The notes: generated from the letters alone by a model not told the origin. A stretch of DNA of 64,000 bases from Isurus oxyrinchus (GCA_026770705.1 JANJGN010000036.1:1550001-1614000), one strand, 5' to 3'. Positions 11,191 to 24,873 are shown, counted from the first letter of the stretch. Program-made: numbers and translations.

Positions 11191-13669
11191 ATCAATCTTT
11201 GACAACAATAGTTAGCATCCATCCATCCAAATTAGTAATCTTTGAGCCCCGCGCCCCCACACTCTGAGCGACATCCCAGTAAAGTTCTTTATAGACCTGT
11301 TGCCACTTGCCCGCTGTGACGCACAGACCGTGACCACAGTATGAAAAATGCAAGTGATATTCACCAGGACACCCACTCAAAATGGCGTCATACTTTCCAC
11401 AGCATAGCTCGTCATGGTTTCCACCGCATCTGAAAGGGGAGCTATTGACTGGAGCTGAGCTCAAGTCAGTCTGAGGCCACTCCACCTGCGGTAACAAACT
11501 GGTGAGAGCGAAAACAGGCAGAACACGCCGCGACAAGATGTCCAAGGATTATTTATCTCTGATGCTTATTTTCCAAATATTGCGGGTTTATGGTGAGTAA
11601 GAGGCTGGTGAGAATTTGAAACTAGACTTAGCCAGAATCCGTGTTTCCTAAGCTGAAAATGTAACCCAGGGACAAGGTGAAGGGGTTTGACCTGATCATG
11701 TGAGTTTATTTACTGGTTCCTCTTATAAAGCGAAGAAAATCAAATTGGAGTATTAATCTGACCAAGAATATTTAAAGACAATGATGTGACTGTTTTAAAA
11801 TAAGAGTGAAATGTTTCAAAGCGGCTGCTTCTTATCTCTAAATCGTGATAATGCAACAATACCCCCTCGAGTTGCAGAATCCGAGACCTCTCTGTCTCAG
11901 AACCCCATCATAATGACAGTTGAATTCGGAGAGATTGTGGAATTAACTTTTCAGTGCATTTACGAAGTGGAATCGGTGTATTTCTATTTCTGATACAAAC
12001 AGCGTATGGGTGGAGCCCCGAAAACAATCAAAAGCCAGTCCTGTCAGGGGGCTGATTGTAAGTTTATTTCCAAAAAATGCAGCATCACAAACGTGTTGAT
12101 TCTGGAAATTCGCAATGTCCAGATGAATGACTCGATTTCCTGCTGCTGTGCTCGTAGGGGTAGCTATGTACCTCTACAGAATGCAACAACACTATTAATT
12201 TTAGATAAGAGAGCATAAGAATTCAGATATTACACAGCATTAACATTTGGAGCAAATTAATCTCTCTCCAGACAGTTCCACCAAGAAACGGCTTTGCGGG
12301 TGCTTGCCCCGCCGGGTGAGCTGCAGCTGAGGGAAACCGTCCCCTTGGTGTGTTTGGTCAGTGGAGTTTCTTACCAGCAGGTTGCTATTTTCTGGAAAAT
12401 TTCAGGCCTGGTCACCGAGGGACCGAGAGATCCCGGCGCAAAGGAAGCGGACGGGACTTACAGCATCAGAAGTCACGTCATAGTGTCGAGGGAAACCTGG
12501 AAAACTTGCGGTTTCTGTACTTGTATTTTTCGACTGGCGTCTCTAGGGAAATATTAGACAAAGTACGACACGCTCTTCACCAAAGCAGCAGGGACAGGGA
12601 GAGGTGAGCTGGTGATCTGTTCAAACAATCAGTACAGGAATTCACTAGACTCAAAGAATCTGCAGTCTCCAGTCTCCGAATTAAACACCTCAACCAAATA
12701 AAAGATAACTATGGATAGAAAAAATATATATTTGTGAGTGTGTCAGAGTATGTGTGTGTGTGCGTGTGTGTTTATATGTTTGCGCGTGCGTTTTTCTGTG
12801 TATATAGAATTTATAGGTTATATATATGTATGTCTGTATACATTTATGTCTGTCTACCTCAAAGTAAAAAGCGCGTTCAAAGTTTTTGAAATAAATTAGT
12901 GATGTCCTTTGTCCGAGAGGGAGGCTTTGTCTTGTAAAATATTTCTCGGCTCGCCTTAAGTTCCTGTGTGACATTTTTGAATCATAGAGTAACACAGCAC
13001 ATAAAGAGGATATTCAATTAATCCCACCTTTTCCCAATCATCCTGTAACACGTTCCCGTTCATCATAATCCATTTAATAATCCGATTTCCCTCATGGAAG
13101 CTATTCCTTAATCTGCTTTCCCCATCCTTTCAGGCAGTGGATGAGGAATAGGTTTGAGATTAGTTCAAAATAGGATGAGATAATGAACAAAAGGCTGTGA
13201 AGAGATAAGATTGTTTTGAACGACAAACTATCTGAAGGGGCGTGACTCTCGCTCATTTGCCCGGTCTCCTTCTTCATTTCCTGGAATCTCCCTTATCAAT
13301 CTCTATTTTCCTGTTAAAATCCAGTTTATTATTAACATCAGTTGGTGATATCAGCAGTCGCAATTTTACATTAACCTCGTGTGATGACACGTCAGTGAAA
13401 TTAGGTTGGTAAGGAACTGATCGAGTTTCACACGCATCAGGCAGATCGCGCACATATATTAATCTCAGAATGTGGCAGAACAACTTGATATGGCCGCGAA
13501 AAAATCATAGCGAAACCTGGGCTTCATTAATAGCGCAAAAAATACAAGACAATTTCCTACATTATGAAGATCTGGTCAGACCCCAGCTGGAGTACTGTGC
13601 CCAATTCTGGGGGAAATATGTTGGGTTTTCTTTACCCAAAGAGCTGAAACAGACACGTTTAGTCGAATT

Positions 13670-13863
13670 AAAAACAAAAAAACTGCGGATGCTGGAAATT
13701 CAAAACAAAAACAGAATAACCTGGAAAAACTCAGCAGGTCTGGGAGCATCGGCGGAGAAGAAAAGAGTTGACGTTTCGAGTCCTCATGATCCTTCGACAG
13801 AACTCAGTTCTTCTCCGCCGATGCTGCCAGACCTGCTGTGCTTTTCCAGGTAATTCTGTTTAA
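13670..13863. mobile_element. Penelope-derived inverted-repeat insertion with 13-bp TSD
   Basis: TSD gtttagtcgaatt at 13657-13669 and 13864-13876; internal inverted repeat of about 50 bp. Confidence 0.85.
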
Positions 13864-14859
13864 GTTTAGTCGAATTGCCTACTTCTGTGTTGTTTTATTC
13901 TATTATTCCACAATTCACTTTCCAGGTAGACATCGGTATGATGCTTTAATTATAATTTTGGACCAATCCTGACAGTGTTGTCCGTCAATTGATCTCTATT
14001 CGAAAACATTGCTCCATTTATTTTATTCTGTGTGTCCACAAGCCGCGGCCTGTCGCACTGGCTATTTGAGACACAGACTATTAACTGGGTCACGTTTCCC
14101 ATGAGAGAATTCCAGGAAATAATGATTTGACCGAGCAGCAGTTTCTAATTGTTTTGTCTCTGCAAGATGCTGCATTCCGACCCTTAATGTTAGCAGAATG
14201 GCGGCGGCGATCGCAGTTCTACTCTTGATTCTCATTTTAATTGGGACACATAAAAGCGGCAGATCAGGTCATGATCAATGTTTATCAGGGACATTTTCAT
14301 AACTGGTTGTCCAATCTGATTCCCTTCTCGCAATTTTAAATTACTAATTACTGACTCTCATTTCTGGAGAACAAGACATGAGATCCCACAATGAAAAGTG
14401 AGTAACTGAACCATTTAGAAAGTTTAACCCGAACAACTTGTCTATATTTAAGACTCGGCGTAACCCAGTTCAACCTCAACACTGATTCCAACGATTCCAA
14501 CTGACATGTCCCATCATCTTTCAAGGTTGATTCTAAGACTGCTCGACAATTTTCCTCTCAAATATTTCCGGCAGCTGAACCAGGATTTACAGGACATAAC
14601 AATTGTTTGATATTTTTGTTCGAATCCAGTTTGAGCTTGAGAGGAAGAGAGACGGCAAAGCGATATGCAGAATGAATGACAAAAGGTCAATGGGACTGAA
14701 AGTTTTGTGCAGATTAAATGTTAAATTCTAGAAATTCTGAAGGTCAATAACTGCATCTCTCTCCATAAAGATATTCTGAAATCATTGGCCAGCCTGTTGG
14801 TCCCATAAAAAAGGCCAATGATTGGGTATTAATTGAGACTGCAGGAAAGTGGAGCTTGG

Positions 14860-15670
14860 CGTTCTACTGGGCTTTGCTTTGAGGGCCCGGGCATGTCCTG
14901 ATGTGCATTACAGACCTAGACATAGGTGTACAGGGTACAACCTTAGCGTTTGACACAAAACGTGGAAGTTTTCTGACCTGTGAGGAGGAGATTGCTAGAC
15001 TGCAAGCGGTCACAGACAGATTGGTGGAATGAGCTGACAGGTGGAAGATTAAATTAAATGCACAGAAGTGTGAAGTGATCAATTTGTTAGCAAGAATGAG
15101 GAGAGACAATAGAAAATAAAAGATACGACTCTAAAAGTGTTCCAGGAACAGCGTCATCTGCTTGTATATGTATTGAAATCATTGAAGGTGATAGAATAGG
15201 TTGACAGATGATTTAGCAAAGCATGAGGAGACTCAGACACTTGTTCGTGTGGACATAGAGTACAAAAGTTTAAAGTTATAATAAAGCTAATTAAAAGTTT
15301 GAGTTCGGCCTCAGCCAATGGATTGTGTCCCGTTCTGGTCACCACACTTTGGGAAGGATGTGACGGCTTTAGAGGAGATGCAGACTATATTGTTGAAAAT
15401 GTTTCCATGGCGGAGGGACTTCAGTTAAAAAGTTAAATTGGAGAAACTGCGGCTGTTTTCCTGGGAGAAGAGAAGGCTGAGAGGGGATTTGATGGACTTA
15501 TTCAACATTAAGAGGGGTCAGGAGACAGTGGATAGGGAGAAATTGTTGCTATTGGAGAAAGGGTCCCGAATGAGGATATTGGTTAATTGTGAGAAGATAG
15601 AAAGAATAAATCATTTCTAGGGCTACAGGGAAATTGCAGGGATGGCAAGCGGGTGGACTATGTGATTTCC
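14860..15670 (+). mobile_element. Decayed CR1 LINE fragment
   Basis: LEKLRLFSWEKRRLRGDL and degenerate RT motifs. Confidence 0.75.
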
Positions 15671-16719
15671 TCCTTCAGAGACCGACACAAGAAGCTGCAA
15701 TAATTGTTTCTGTGATATATCCATTTGATGAGTCTAACATTGGCAACATTGTGTCAGGGGTACATTTAGGCATGGCCACTGCGGCGTTGGCGAGGCACGG
15801 GTAGTTAGTTTGTGTACATTGTCCATGTCCATCCATTGTCATGTTGTGGAAGTAATGCAATATTTGGGAAGCATTGGCTTATTGGGGTATTTGTCATTCA
15901 ATGTGCCTCTGATTGATTTTCGCTTATCTACACAGGAATAAAACATCAATTCATAGCTAAACCATTAATACACAGGTGGCCACTGTCAGAAAGGGGCGAA
16001 GCGACACATCAGGGTGCAAAAGAGGTGAATGTATTGAGCTTTCGTAATAGTATACAGTCACTTCATTCTTGGGGCAAGGTGCACAATGCTGGATATTTCA
16101 TGCAGTTAACAGCGATCATGTCACAATCTATTTGTATCAACTCCCACTCAGCCCCCAAACTGAAATCAGAACATATCCTCCAGCCTCTCTGCCGATTGAT
16201 TATTCAAATGATAGGATAATATTCCATGCAGAATATCTCCGGCAGTCTCCAATTCAGATTCCCAACAGTTTCTAGTACAGATTTCCAGCTTTCTGCTTTT
16301 TAAACAAAAATCTATTTAACTTTGCAATCATTTACAGAATTAGAGAACAACACGAGAGGGAAGTGGCCAGTGATGCTGGAAACTTGTGATGGTTCCATTT
16401 TACTTTTGTACCGTGTTTTGGATTGATATTAGTTTTAAACTAACATGTCTATGCCATAGGGTCAGTGCCCTGTTTCGGCAGAACTGTTGACTGTGAAGTT
16501 ATGTTTCCCAAAGCTCTTTATCACGGAGGGAATCTCTCGCCTCATATCTGGGCATGATGTGGACAAATTGATGTTAATCTATTGCCAGAATAACCCAATT
16601 ATCATTGCATCATAGAAAAACGAGGATGGTGGAATGCATTCCAGCTGGGATTTGGTATTATTCCTTCCAGATATTCGCATTTTCCTAATTCTGTGTTTGC
16701 ACAGTGTTGCAACAAGGCA

Positions 16720-17755
16720 TTCGAGTGTTTCTGAAAAAGGAGACATTTTTGTCGAAGCTTTTCACCTTGCAATCATCAGGTCAATTCGCATGATAATAAC
16801 AATTTCTGGGGTGTAAAAACAATCCACCTGAGAGGAAACTGTTGCTTGATTGGCAAGTGGGCTCTGATTTGTCGAGGCGTTGCCTTGGGGACTGCAAGAG
16901 TTAATGTTGACTGAAAGTTAACTGCCAAGCATTGTTTGAAACATTTCCCTGGCAGTTTGGCGCTGATTGGTCAATATATTGCCATGAGGAATGGACTAGT
17001 GAATGGCTGACACCTATTTTTGTTTAGCTGAAACAGACATGTTGTATGCACATGTGATTTCTGCCTGCAAAGAATACGGTCACGTGTAATAATATACATA
17101 GATTCAAGCACATGTAAATACGTCCCACTCTGAGTTCAACTGACTATCTTAAATTGGTTGCCAGCATGATTCTTAATGCCCTGACGATTATTTAGCAAAG
17201 GTGGTCCCATCACAGAACCAGTTTTAACGTTGAACACTGTGTTTTGAGCTTTGCAAGAACAGGCTGGTTTTGTACTTTGCTTACCTTGCACATTGTGAAA
17301 GGGAGAAGGGACAGGCTGTTTGATACAATAGGCCAGGCTTTGGGATATATGGCCTAGATGCCTAGCATCGCATTGGCACTGGAATCCATGGCCGACGTTA
17401 GTCTTTAGTGTGATAGGCAGAACGTCTTTTGGGTTTGAAGGCAGCTTCCTATTAATGGCGAATACGACTCGTGTTGCTAGGGCATAGCAACAACGTTGAA
17501 CAGCTAGCTTCACCTGTTGCTGATATTTATGAGAAACCTGGCTTGGCATTTAGCTCCTGGTTAATTTGAACCAATGCATTCGACATTGGAACGCCTCTAC
17601 CAAACAGAGTCCACTTGCCAAACAACCAACACTTCCTTCTCGCACTTTATAAATAGGTGTCTTCCCCAGAAATTACTATATTCTTGTGAATTTCAAGGAT
17701 GAGTTCAGAAAGAAAAGCTTAAATAAAAATTCTCCTTTTTTCATCAATACTCGTG
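16720..17755 (-). mobile_element. Penelope-like element fragment (GIY-YIG remnant) with inverted termini
   Basis: ORF 17136-17549 KDVLP...FQCQCDARHLG resembles the PLE endonuclease; 16720-16870 is inverted relative to 17600-17755. Confidence 0.75.
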
Positions 17756-18069
17756 TTCCACACCTCTAAACAACTATTAACAAGATATTTCGTTCTAAGC
17801 AAAAAGGGTTACACCACACCTGGTTAGACTGAATTACCGATCAGAGTCACATCATTCTCTATGTTCCCATTCTGATTACTCCAGAAACGGCAGGTACAAC
17901 AGGATCAGATTCAGCAGCAGCAATGGCAGTTCCAATCAGACAATTGTTCCAAATCCATCTCCGTGAACGTATCCAAGAAATCTTTTGGAGATTTAAGTGA
18001 TCTCTCACACTCCTCTTAAAGTGCACCTAGATTTTGTTATCTGCTTACATAACGCAAACTTATGTTCAC

Positions 18070-19080
18070 AGGGGCTTAGAGGGTTAACTTACGAGTACAG
18101 GGTGGATAGGCTAATTTTCCATTATTCCAGTTTAGAAGAGGACGGGGTGATCGAACCGAGGTGTTTAGGATTATGAAAGAATTCGATTGGGTGGAGAGCG
18201 AGAAGCTATTACTTCTGGTGGAAGTAGTCAGGGCGTCCAGAACAAAGGGGATAAACCTTCAAATCAGAGCGAGGCCGCTCAGGACTGATTTCAGGAAGCA
18301 ATTCTTCACACAAAGCTGAGTGGACATCTTCAACTCTCTTCTCCAAAAAAAGCAGTTAACGCTGCGGTTAATTCGTTTTATTCAGGTGAGGGGATTAAGG
18401 GATCCGGAATGAAAGCTCTTAGGTGGAGTTCAGGAACAGATTGCACGCGATCTATTAGAATGGTGAAACAGGCTCGAGGGGCTAAATGGCCTCATCGTAC
18501 TCGAAATTCCTGTTCCCAGTAAGAATGAGAAGTAATACTTTGAGGACTGATGTCAGGAGCTCTGTCACACACTGCACGAACAGCATTGAGGATGGTTTTC
18601 TGGGTAGAGCGATTTTGGGTTTGGGAGATTGTGTCTGTGAAACTCCCTGAAATTGTTTAAGAAATAATTGTTGCCCTGATGATTGAGGAGGACAGAACCC
18701 TCCCGGGTGGATGAGCTGTGTTTAGCAGAATGAACTTTTCCATCTGTATCTTGTAACAATTGCTCCCAAATACTCTTTACATTGTGGTTGCAGAATACAA
18801 AATATAAAACCCCCACAAGGATCTTGTATTCCGTTATCAAGTCTCCACTTATCCATCTTTTCTGCAAGGAAAACACTCCCATCTTCTCCAATCTATGTCC
18901 GCAGCTGAAGTTCCTCATCCCTGGAATCATGCTCGTGAATCTTTTCTGCACACTGCACAGTGGCTTCACACCCTTCCTAAAGTGTGACACCCAGAACAGG
19001 GCACAATACTCGAGCTGATGCCTAACTCGTGTCTGATACAAATTAAACATAAAACCCCTTGCTCTTGTAATCAATGTCCC
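18070..19080. mobile_element. CR1 fragments on both strands flanking a non-repeat exon-like segment
   Basis: VRHQLEYCALFW...VQKRFTSMIPG (minus, 18820-19080); plus-strand 3' fragment at 18070-18510. Confidence 0.7.
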
Positions 19081-20557
19081 TATTAATAATTGATGTTCCC
19101 TGGTTATTGGCCTCTCTTTGTCTCTCTCTCTCTCTCCCTCTTTCTCTCCTGGAGTCAGTAAAACAAATAGAAAAATAAACATCAGTCAGGCATTTTATCT
19201 TTCTTAACACTGGCCATTTTCTTCCTAATCCCTGCATCATCGCAGCAAGATTTACTCTTGTGCACCAAATATCTGGCAATAAAAACTAATTGCATACGAC
19301 AATTGATGCTATGTCATTTGTTAAACCTTAAATGTGAGTTTGATAGATTTTTGTTAATCAGAAGAGAGCAGTCATGATCTCATTGAATGTCAGAACAGGG
19401 TTGACGTTTTAAACGGAATCCTCTTCTTCCCCTTGTGTTAACAGTTGTGAATTTCAAAATTCGCCAGCCTCAGCCAATGGGTTGTAAGCAGTTCAGCTGC
19501 TCACATTTGCGAGGAGGTATAGTATAAGAGAATTAACTCTCAGGGTCATGAGGAGAGTGCTGGGATTGGGCTAATGTGCACAAGCGAAGTCTTGGCACAG
19601 ACGTGGCCTGCAGCAATATCATTTGGCAGGGTACTCTCATAATCACACACGCACACAAACACACACACACACAAACACAATCTCTCTCTCTCTCTCTTTC
19701 TCAGACACATTCACACGGCAAATTGCACACCGACACACAATCACTTGCACACTTACAGTCGCATACACAGACACCCTCACCCACAACCAGATACACAAAC
19801 AAATACACAGACACATACTGGCACACACATGTATCCACACACGGCTTCATACATACACATTCTCTCACGCAGACAAACACACACAAACAAACACACAGAC
19901 TTACACACACATTCACACAAACACACCTTCACACACACACAGACACAGACACGCACACAGACACACACAGACAGAGCAGACAGAGAGCAGGGAGAGATAA
20001 TTTCAATCTCACTCTAGTCAACCCAGGGAAATTCTTAGAAGAATAATAGAAGCAGAGTTGAAACTGTTTGTTCTTTATTGTTAAATGAGACAATGCAAAT
20101 ATATCCCCATCGCTCTGGTTGGGAGTGTAATTGATGATGTAACTGATGTCTGACCCCAAAACAATTATTAAATGTGACCCAGGAATAGTTTTGCTGTAAA
20201 CATCTCAGGGTGTAAAGTACCTGGGAGCACAGTTACTATGAACAAGGTGGTATACAGGGTGGGAATGGAGAGTGAAGCTGCTCTGCAGAGGGAATGGTTC
20301 TTGTTGGTGGTGGATTTAGAAGCTGAACTTTATATTTCAAGAGGTTCCCAGAGCCTCAAGCAACTGAACTGGGGTCTTTGGGAAGAGACAGTTTCTGCTG
20401 CTGTTTCCCTTTCTCTCCGCTAGAGGCCGGTCTCACTCACCTCAGGACCTCCTGCTTAACCCGCTGCTCTTGTCAAAGTGTCCTCCTGCCAAACCCCGGC
20501 GCAGCCGCTGCTCTTTGTCCAACTGCCCGTTGGGGAGGGCGGGGCACCGGCCGCCAT
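18722..20557 (-). pseudogene. Candidate decayed multi-exon gene of unknown identity
   Basis: GC-rich first exon with caacATGGCGGC (20557) and AG|GTGAGT donor (20441); exon 20220-20013 with one stop; last exon ending RYRWKSSFC*; diverged paralog at about 1350-1770. Confidence 0.45.
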
Positions 20558-23500
20558 GTTGGCGTGATGTCACCGCCGGCTCCATCCCTTTTATTTTAAT
20601 AATGCGAAAAGAAACAAGCAACGCTTCATGATGAGCCGGGAACTGGAATTCTGAAACGGGGGGGAGGTGAGTACTATTATTAATAATAATAAATAAAAAT
20701 CAGTTGGCGAGTGTGGGGAGCGGTGCTTTGCATGTGTACTGGGCTCTGCCTCCCAGAGTGCAGCGCGGCACGTGTCAAAGATAGAGGACTTTCCCAGCCG
20801 CGGGGGATTGTGGGAAAATGTTGCAAGAACAACTGAGACACTAGATTTCCCGCCTGAACGTGGAGCAAACGTATAGGTTAACACATCATTTTCAATATTA
20901 ATCTGGTTAACAAGCACCGCACACAACAGAGGAGACACTGTTGCAAATTTCCCCAGGTATACGTTCAAAACGCAGAGATATATCAACCTGCAATGCAGCT
21001 CTGAATTACCCCAATCACATTTACTGTTTAAAACACTTGTTGGATAATGTCAGAATTACACACACGCCTTTACTGTTCTAACCCTGTGCTCGAAGCTTTC
21101 AGATTTGCTGTGTATATACACGGCTTTGGGGATAAAAGGGTCAAAGCCTCTTCTCAAATGTTAATCTCTGTCTTGTGATTAAAGTGATGCAAACCCACCC
21201 TCTGCAGCAGCTCACTGCCACTACAGGCGTTGCTCTTTACCACTCTCAGAGAAGTTCAGCTCCTGTATGGCTGCATCTGGAAACAGGTTGATGAAGAGTG
21301 AATATTGAACAACGTTGTAAGTTTGCAGCAGGGTGCACAATTTTCTTGAGCGGTCCATTCGCTGTTTTACCACCTGACCCTGTACATGAGCTCTCTCCAC
21401 AGTCCCCATTGGAGATATTGGCTGGAGGTGGTAGTTGGGGATTATTATACACGCACATAATCTTTCACACAAACACACACTCACCTGCACACTTGCAGTC
21501 GCATACACAGACACCCTCACCCACCATCAGATACACAGACACACACTTGTACACACAATCATAAACAGACACATACATTCACGCGTACACTTACACAAAC
21601 ACATAGTCTCACACACACAGAAACATACACACAAACACACCCTCACAGAATTTCACCCACCCCCCACACACACCCTCACGCACACATCGACACAAACGCA
21701 TCCTCACACCCTCAAACACACACACACACAAATACACAGACAGAGAGCAGGGAGGGTTAATGTTAAGGAGGAAGCCGCCATTGCAGCAGCAACAAGAGAG
21801 ACAGATTTTATGCCTGCAGGTGGAGGAAGGTATAGTTTAACAAATCATTTTCAATATTAATCAGGTTAACGAGGACCGGACATAACAAAGGGGGCACTGG
21901 TGCAAATTTCCCCAGGTACGAAAAATTCAAAACGCAGAGATATCATATCAACCTACATTGGAGCTCTGGTTTATGATACTCACTTTCACTGTTCCAAACC
22001 CCTGCTGGATAATATCAGAATCACACACACACACACAAACACACCTTTACTGTTCTTTGCCTTAGTAAAAGGAAAAGCATCGAAAACACAAACAATATAT
22101 TGTAGAGAATTTATGTTCACTTTCTAGGAGCGTTTATTCACCTTGTGTCCGTGCTGGCCCAGAGGTGAAGAGCTCTGCAATCTATTCCCATTTCGCACCT
22201 CTTGATCTGCACCCCTGTAGCTTTCGGTGACACAGAGAGAGACCAGCTGAGTTGCAATCCAAATGCACTACCTCCACTCCTGCCCCTTATTTATCTGCCA
22301 GTCACAAACATTAAATAAAACTACAACAGAATTGCCAAGGAATGTTTTACTTTCCACATATCAGTGTTGACTCTGGTGATACTAATAGCCCTTCCCCAAA
22401 GCACAGTAAACATACTGAGGCTCAATGATATCTCAGTTATTTCTGGAAATTGTTAACAATAACAGGTCACAGGGTAGGTAACGTGATTCTGTTCCAAAGC
22501 TGACATGTGCAGCTGCTTTATAATATCAATCTCACACAGACACACTCAATCGCACACACACTTACATAGCCGGATACATACACATTTTCACCCACATTCA
22601 GAAATGCACATTCATACACACTCACTCACACACATACACTCGCATAGACAAACCCCCTCACACGCACTCAGCCATATTCATGCACACACACGCAGTCTCG
22701 TAGATACACACAGACAAGCACACATGCACTTGCATACAAAGAGACACACAAAAGACGGTCACCCACATGTATAAACACACATACTCTCTCACACAGACAC
22801 ACACTCACTTGCACACTTACAGTCGCATACACAGACACCCTCACCCACAATCAGATACACAGACACACACTTGCACACACAATCATAAACACACAAACAC
22901 ATTCATGCGTGCACACACACAAACACATAGTCTCACACACACAGACACATTCACATAAACACACCCACACAGACTCTCACCCACCCCCACCCCACACACA
23001 ACCTCATGCACACATAGACACAAACAGATCCTCACACCCTCAGACATACACACACAGACAGAGAAGGGGGAGTTTTAACATTAATGACAGAGCCGCCATT
23101 GCAGCAGCAACAACTGAGGCACTGGATTTTACGCGTGCAGTTGGAGGAAGGTATAGGTCAACAAGTCATTTTCAATATTAATCAGCTAAACAAGTACCGG
23201 ACACAACGAAGGGGACACTGGTGCAAATTTCACCAGGTGTAAAAAGTTCAAAACACATATTATATCAACCTGCAATGGAGCTCGGGTTTACCACACTCAC
23301 CTTCACTGTTCCAAACGCCTGTTGGACAATATCAGAATCACACACACACACCTTTACTGTTCTAACCCTGTCCTTGAAACTTTCAGATTTGCTGTGTATA
23401 TAAAGTGTTTTGGGGATAAAAGGGTCAAAGCCTCTTCTCAAATGTTAATCTCAATCTTGTGATTAAAGTGATACAAGCCCACCCTCTGCTGGCAGCTCAC

Positions 23501-24873
23501 TGCCACTACAGGCGCTGCTGTTTGCCACTCTCAGAGAAGTTGAGCTCCTGCATGGATGCTTCTGGAAACAGGTGATGAACAGTACTTATTGAACAACGTT
23601 GTAAGGGATTGAAGCTGGCAGCAGGGTGCACAGTTTGCTCGGGTGGTCCATTCGCTGCTTTACCACCTGACCCTATACATGAGCTTTCTCCTCAATCCCC
23701 ATTGGAGATATTGGCTGGAGATGGTATTTGGGGATTATTTCAGTCTGTAAAGTGCACATTCGGTTCAGTTAACAGAGTGTAATTTCATTCAGAATGGGAG
23801 TAGATAAACTTTGCTGTACTCTGCAACTTCTCTGCAATACATTGTCAATGTTTAACCCGACACATTAGATTTTGCTAGAGATTTTTATTAATTATGTTTC
23901 CAAGATATTTTTCTCAATTCCTCACACGGATTCTTTGCCCTAGAAAAGAAAATCATTGAAAACACTAACAATATATGGGAGAGAATTTATGTTCACTTCC
24001 TTACAGCTTTTATTCACATTTTCTCCGTGCTGGCCCAGAATGGAAGAACTCTGCAATCTATGCACATTTTGCAGCTCTTGGTGTGCTCTCTTGTAGGTTA
24101 TGGTGATAGAGAGAGAGGCCAGCTGAGTTGGAATCCAAATGCAATACCTCCACTCCTGCCCCTTATTTATCTGCCAGCCACAAACATCAAATACAACTAC
24201 AACAGAATTGCCATGGAGAGTTTTACTTTCATATATCGGTGTTGACTCTGGTGAAACTAGTGACCCTTCCCCAAAGCACAATAAACACATAGAGGCTGAA
24301 TGATATCTCAGTTATTTCTGGAAATTGTTAACAACAACAGGGCGCAGTGTGTGTAACGTGATTCTGTTCCAAAGGTGGCATGTGCAGCTGCTTTATAATA
24401 TCAATCTCACACAGACAGACTCATTCACACACACACTTGCCTAGACCTGACACATACACACTTTCTCCCACATTCATAAGTACACATTCACACATATTCA
24501 CTCTCACACATACACTTTCATACACAGACACCCTCACACACACTCGGCCATATTCATGCACGCACACTCAGTCTCGGAGACACACACAGACAAGCACACG
24601 TGCAGTTGAATACAAGGAGACACACAAAACACAGTCACCCACATGTATAAACATACACATACTCTCCCACACAGACACACACTCACTTGCACACTTACAG
24701 TCGCATACACAGACACCCTAACCCACAATTAGATACACAGACACACACTTGCATACACAATCATAAACACACACACATTCCTGCGTACACTCGCACAAAC
24801 ACATACTAACTCACACACAGACACATTCACACAAACACACCCTCACAACTCTCAACCCCCACATGCACACTCC

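Larger units (their letters stand above)
11538..16024 (+). pseudogene. Second V-C1-TM receptor gene, head-to-head with the intact gene, pseudogenised
   Basis: Leader 11538-11592 (MSKDYLSLMLIFQILRVY). V 11878-12204 (Trp->TGA at 11991, donor GT->AT). C1 12272-12603 (1-nt frameshift near 12286, TAG at 12555). TM 14166-14267 (acceptor AG->AA; CCIPT...AAAIAVLLLILILIG). Probable cytoplasmic exon 15936-16024. Terminal exon not identified. Confidence 0.85.

Noticed and set aside
17885-18020. Possible terminal exon of the partner pseudogene (KRQVQQDQ...SHSS*)
   Set aside because: Only an AG and a short open frame; no Tyr motif or similarity to the intact gene, so it cannot be supported.
22370-22410. 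J-like FGEG preceded by TACTGTG (also at 24250-24290)
   Set aside because: No nonamer at 12 or 23 nt, no TxLxV and no donor at the expected position.
19576-24721. H/T-rich and C/V-rich ORFs
   Set aside because: Translations of degenerate CA repeats.
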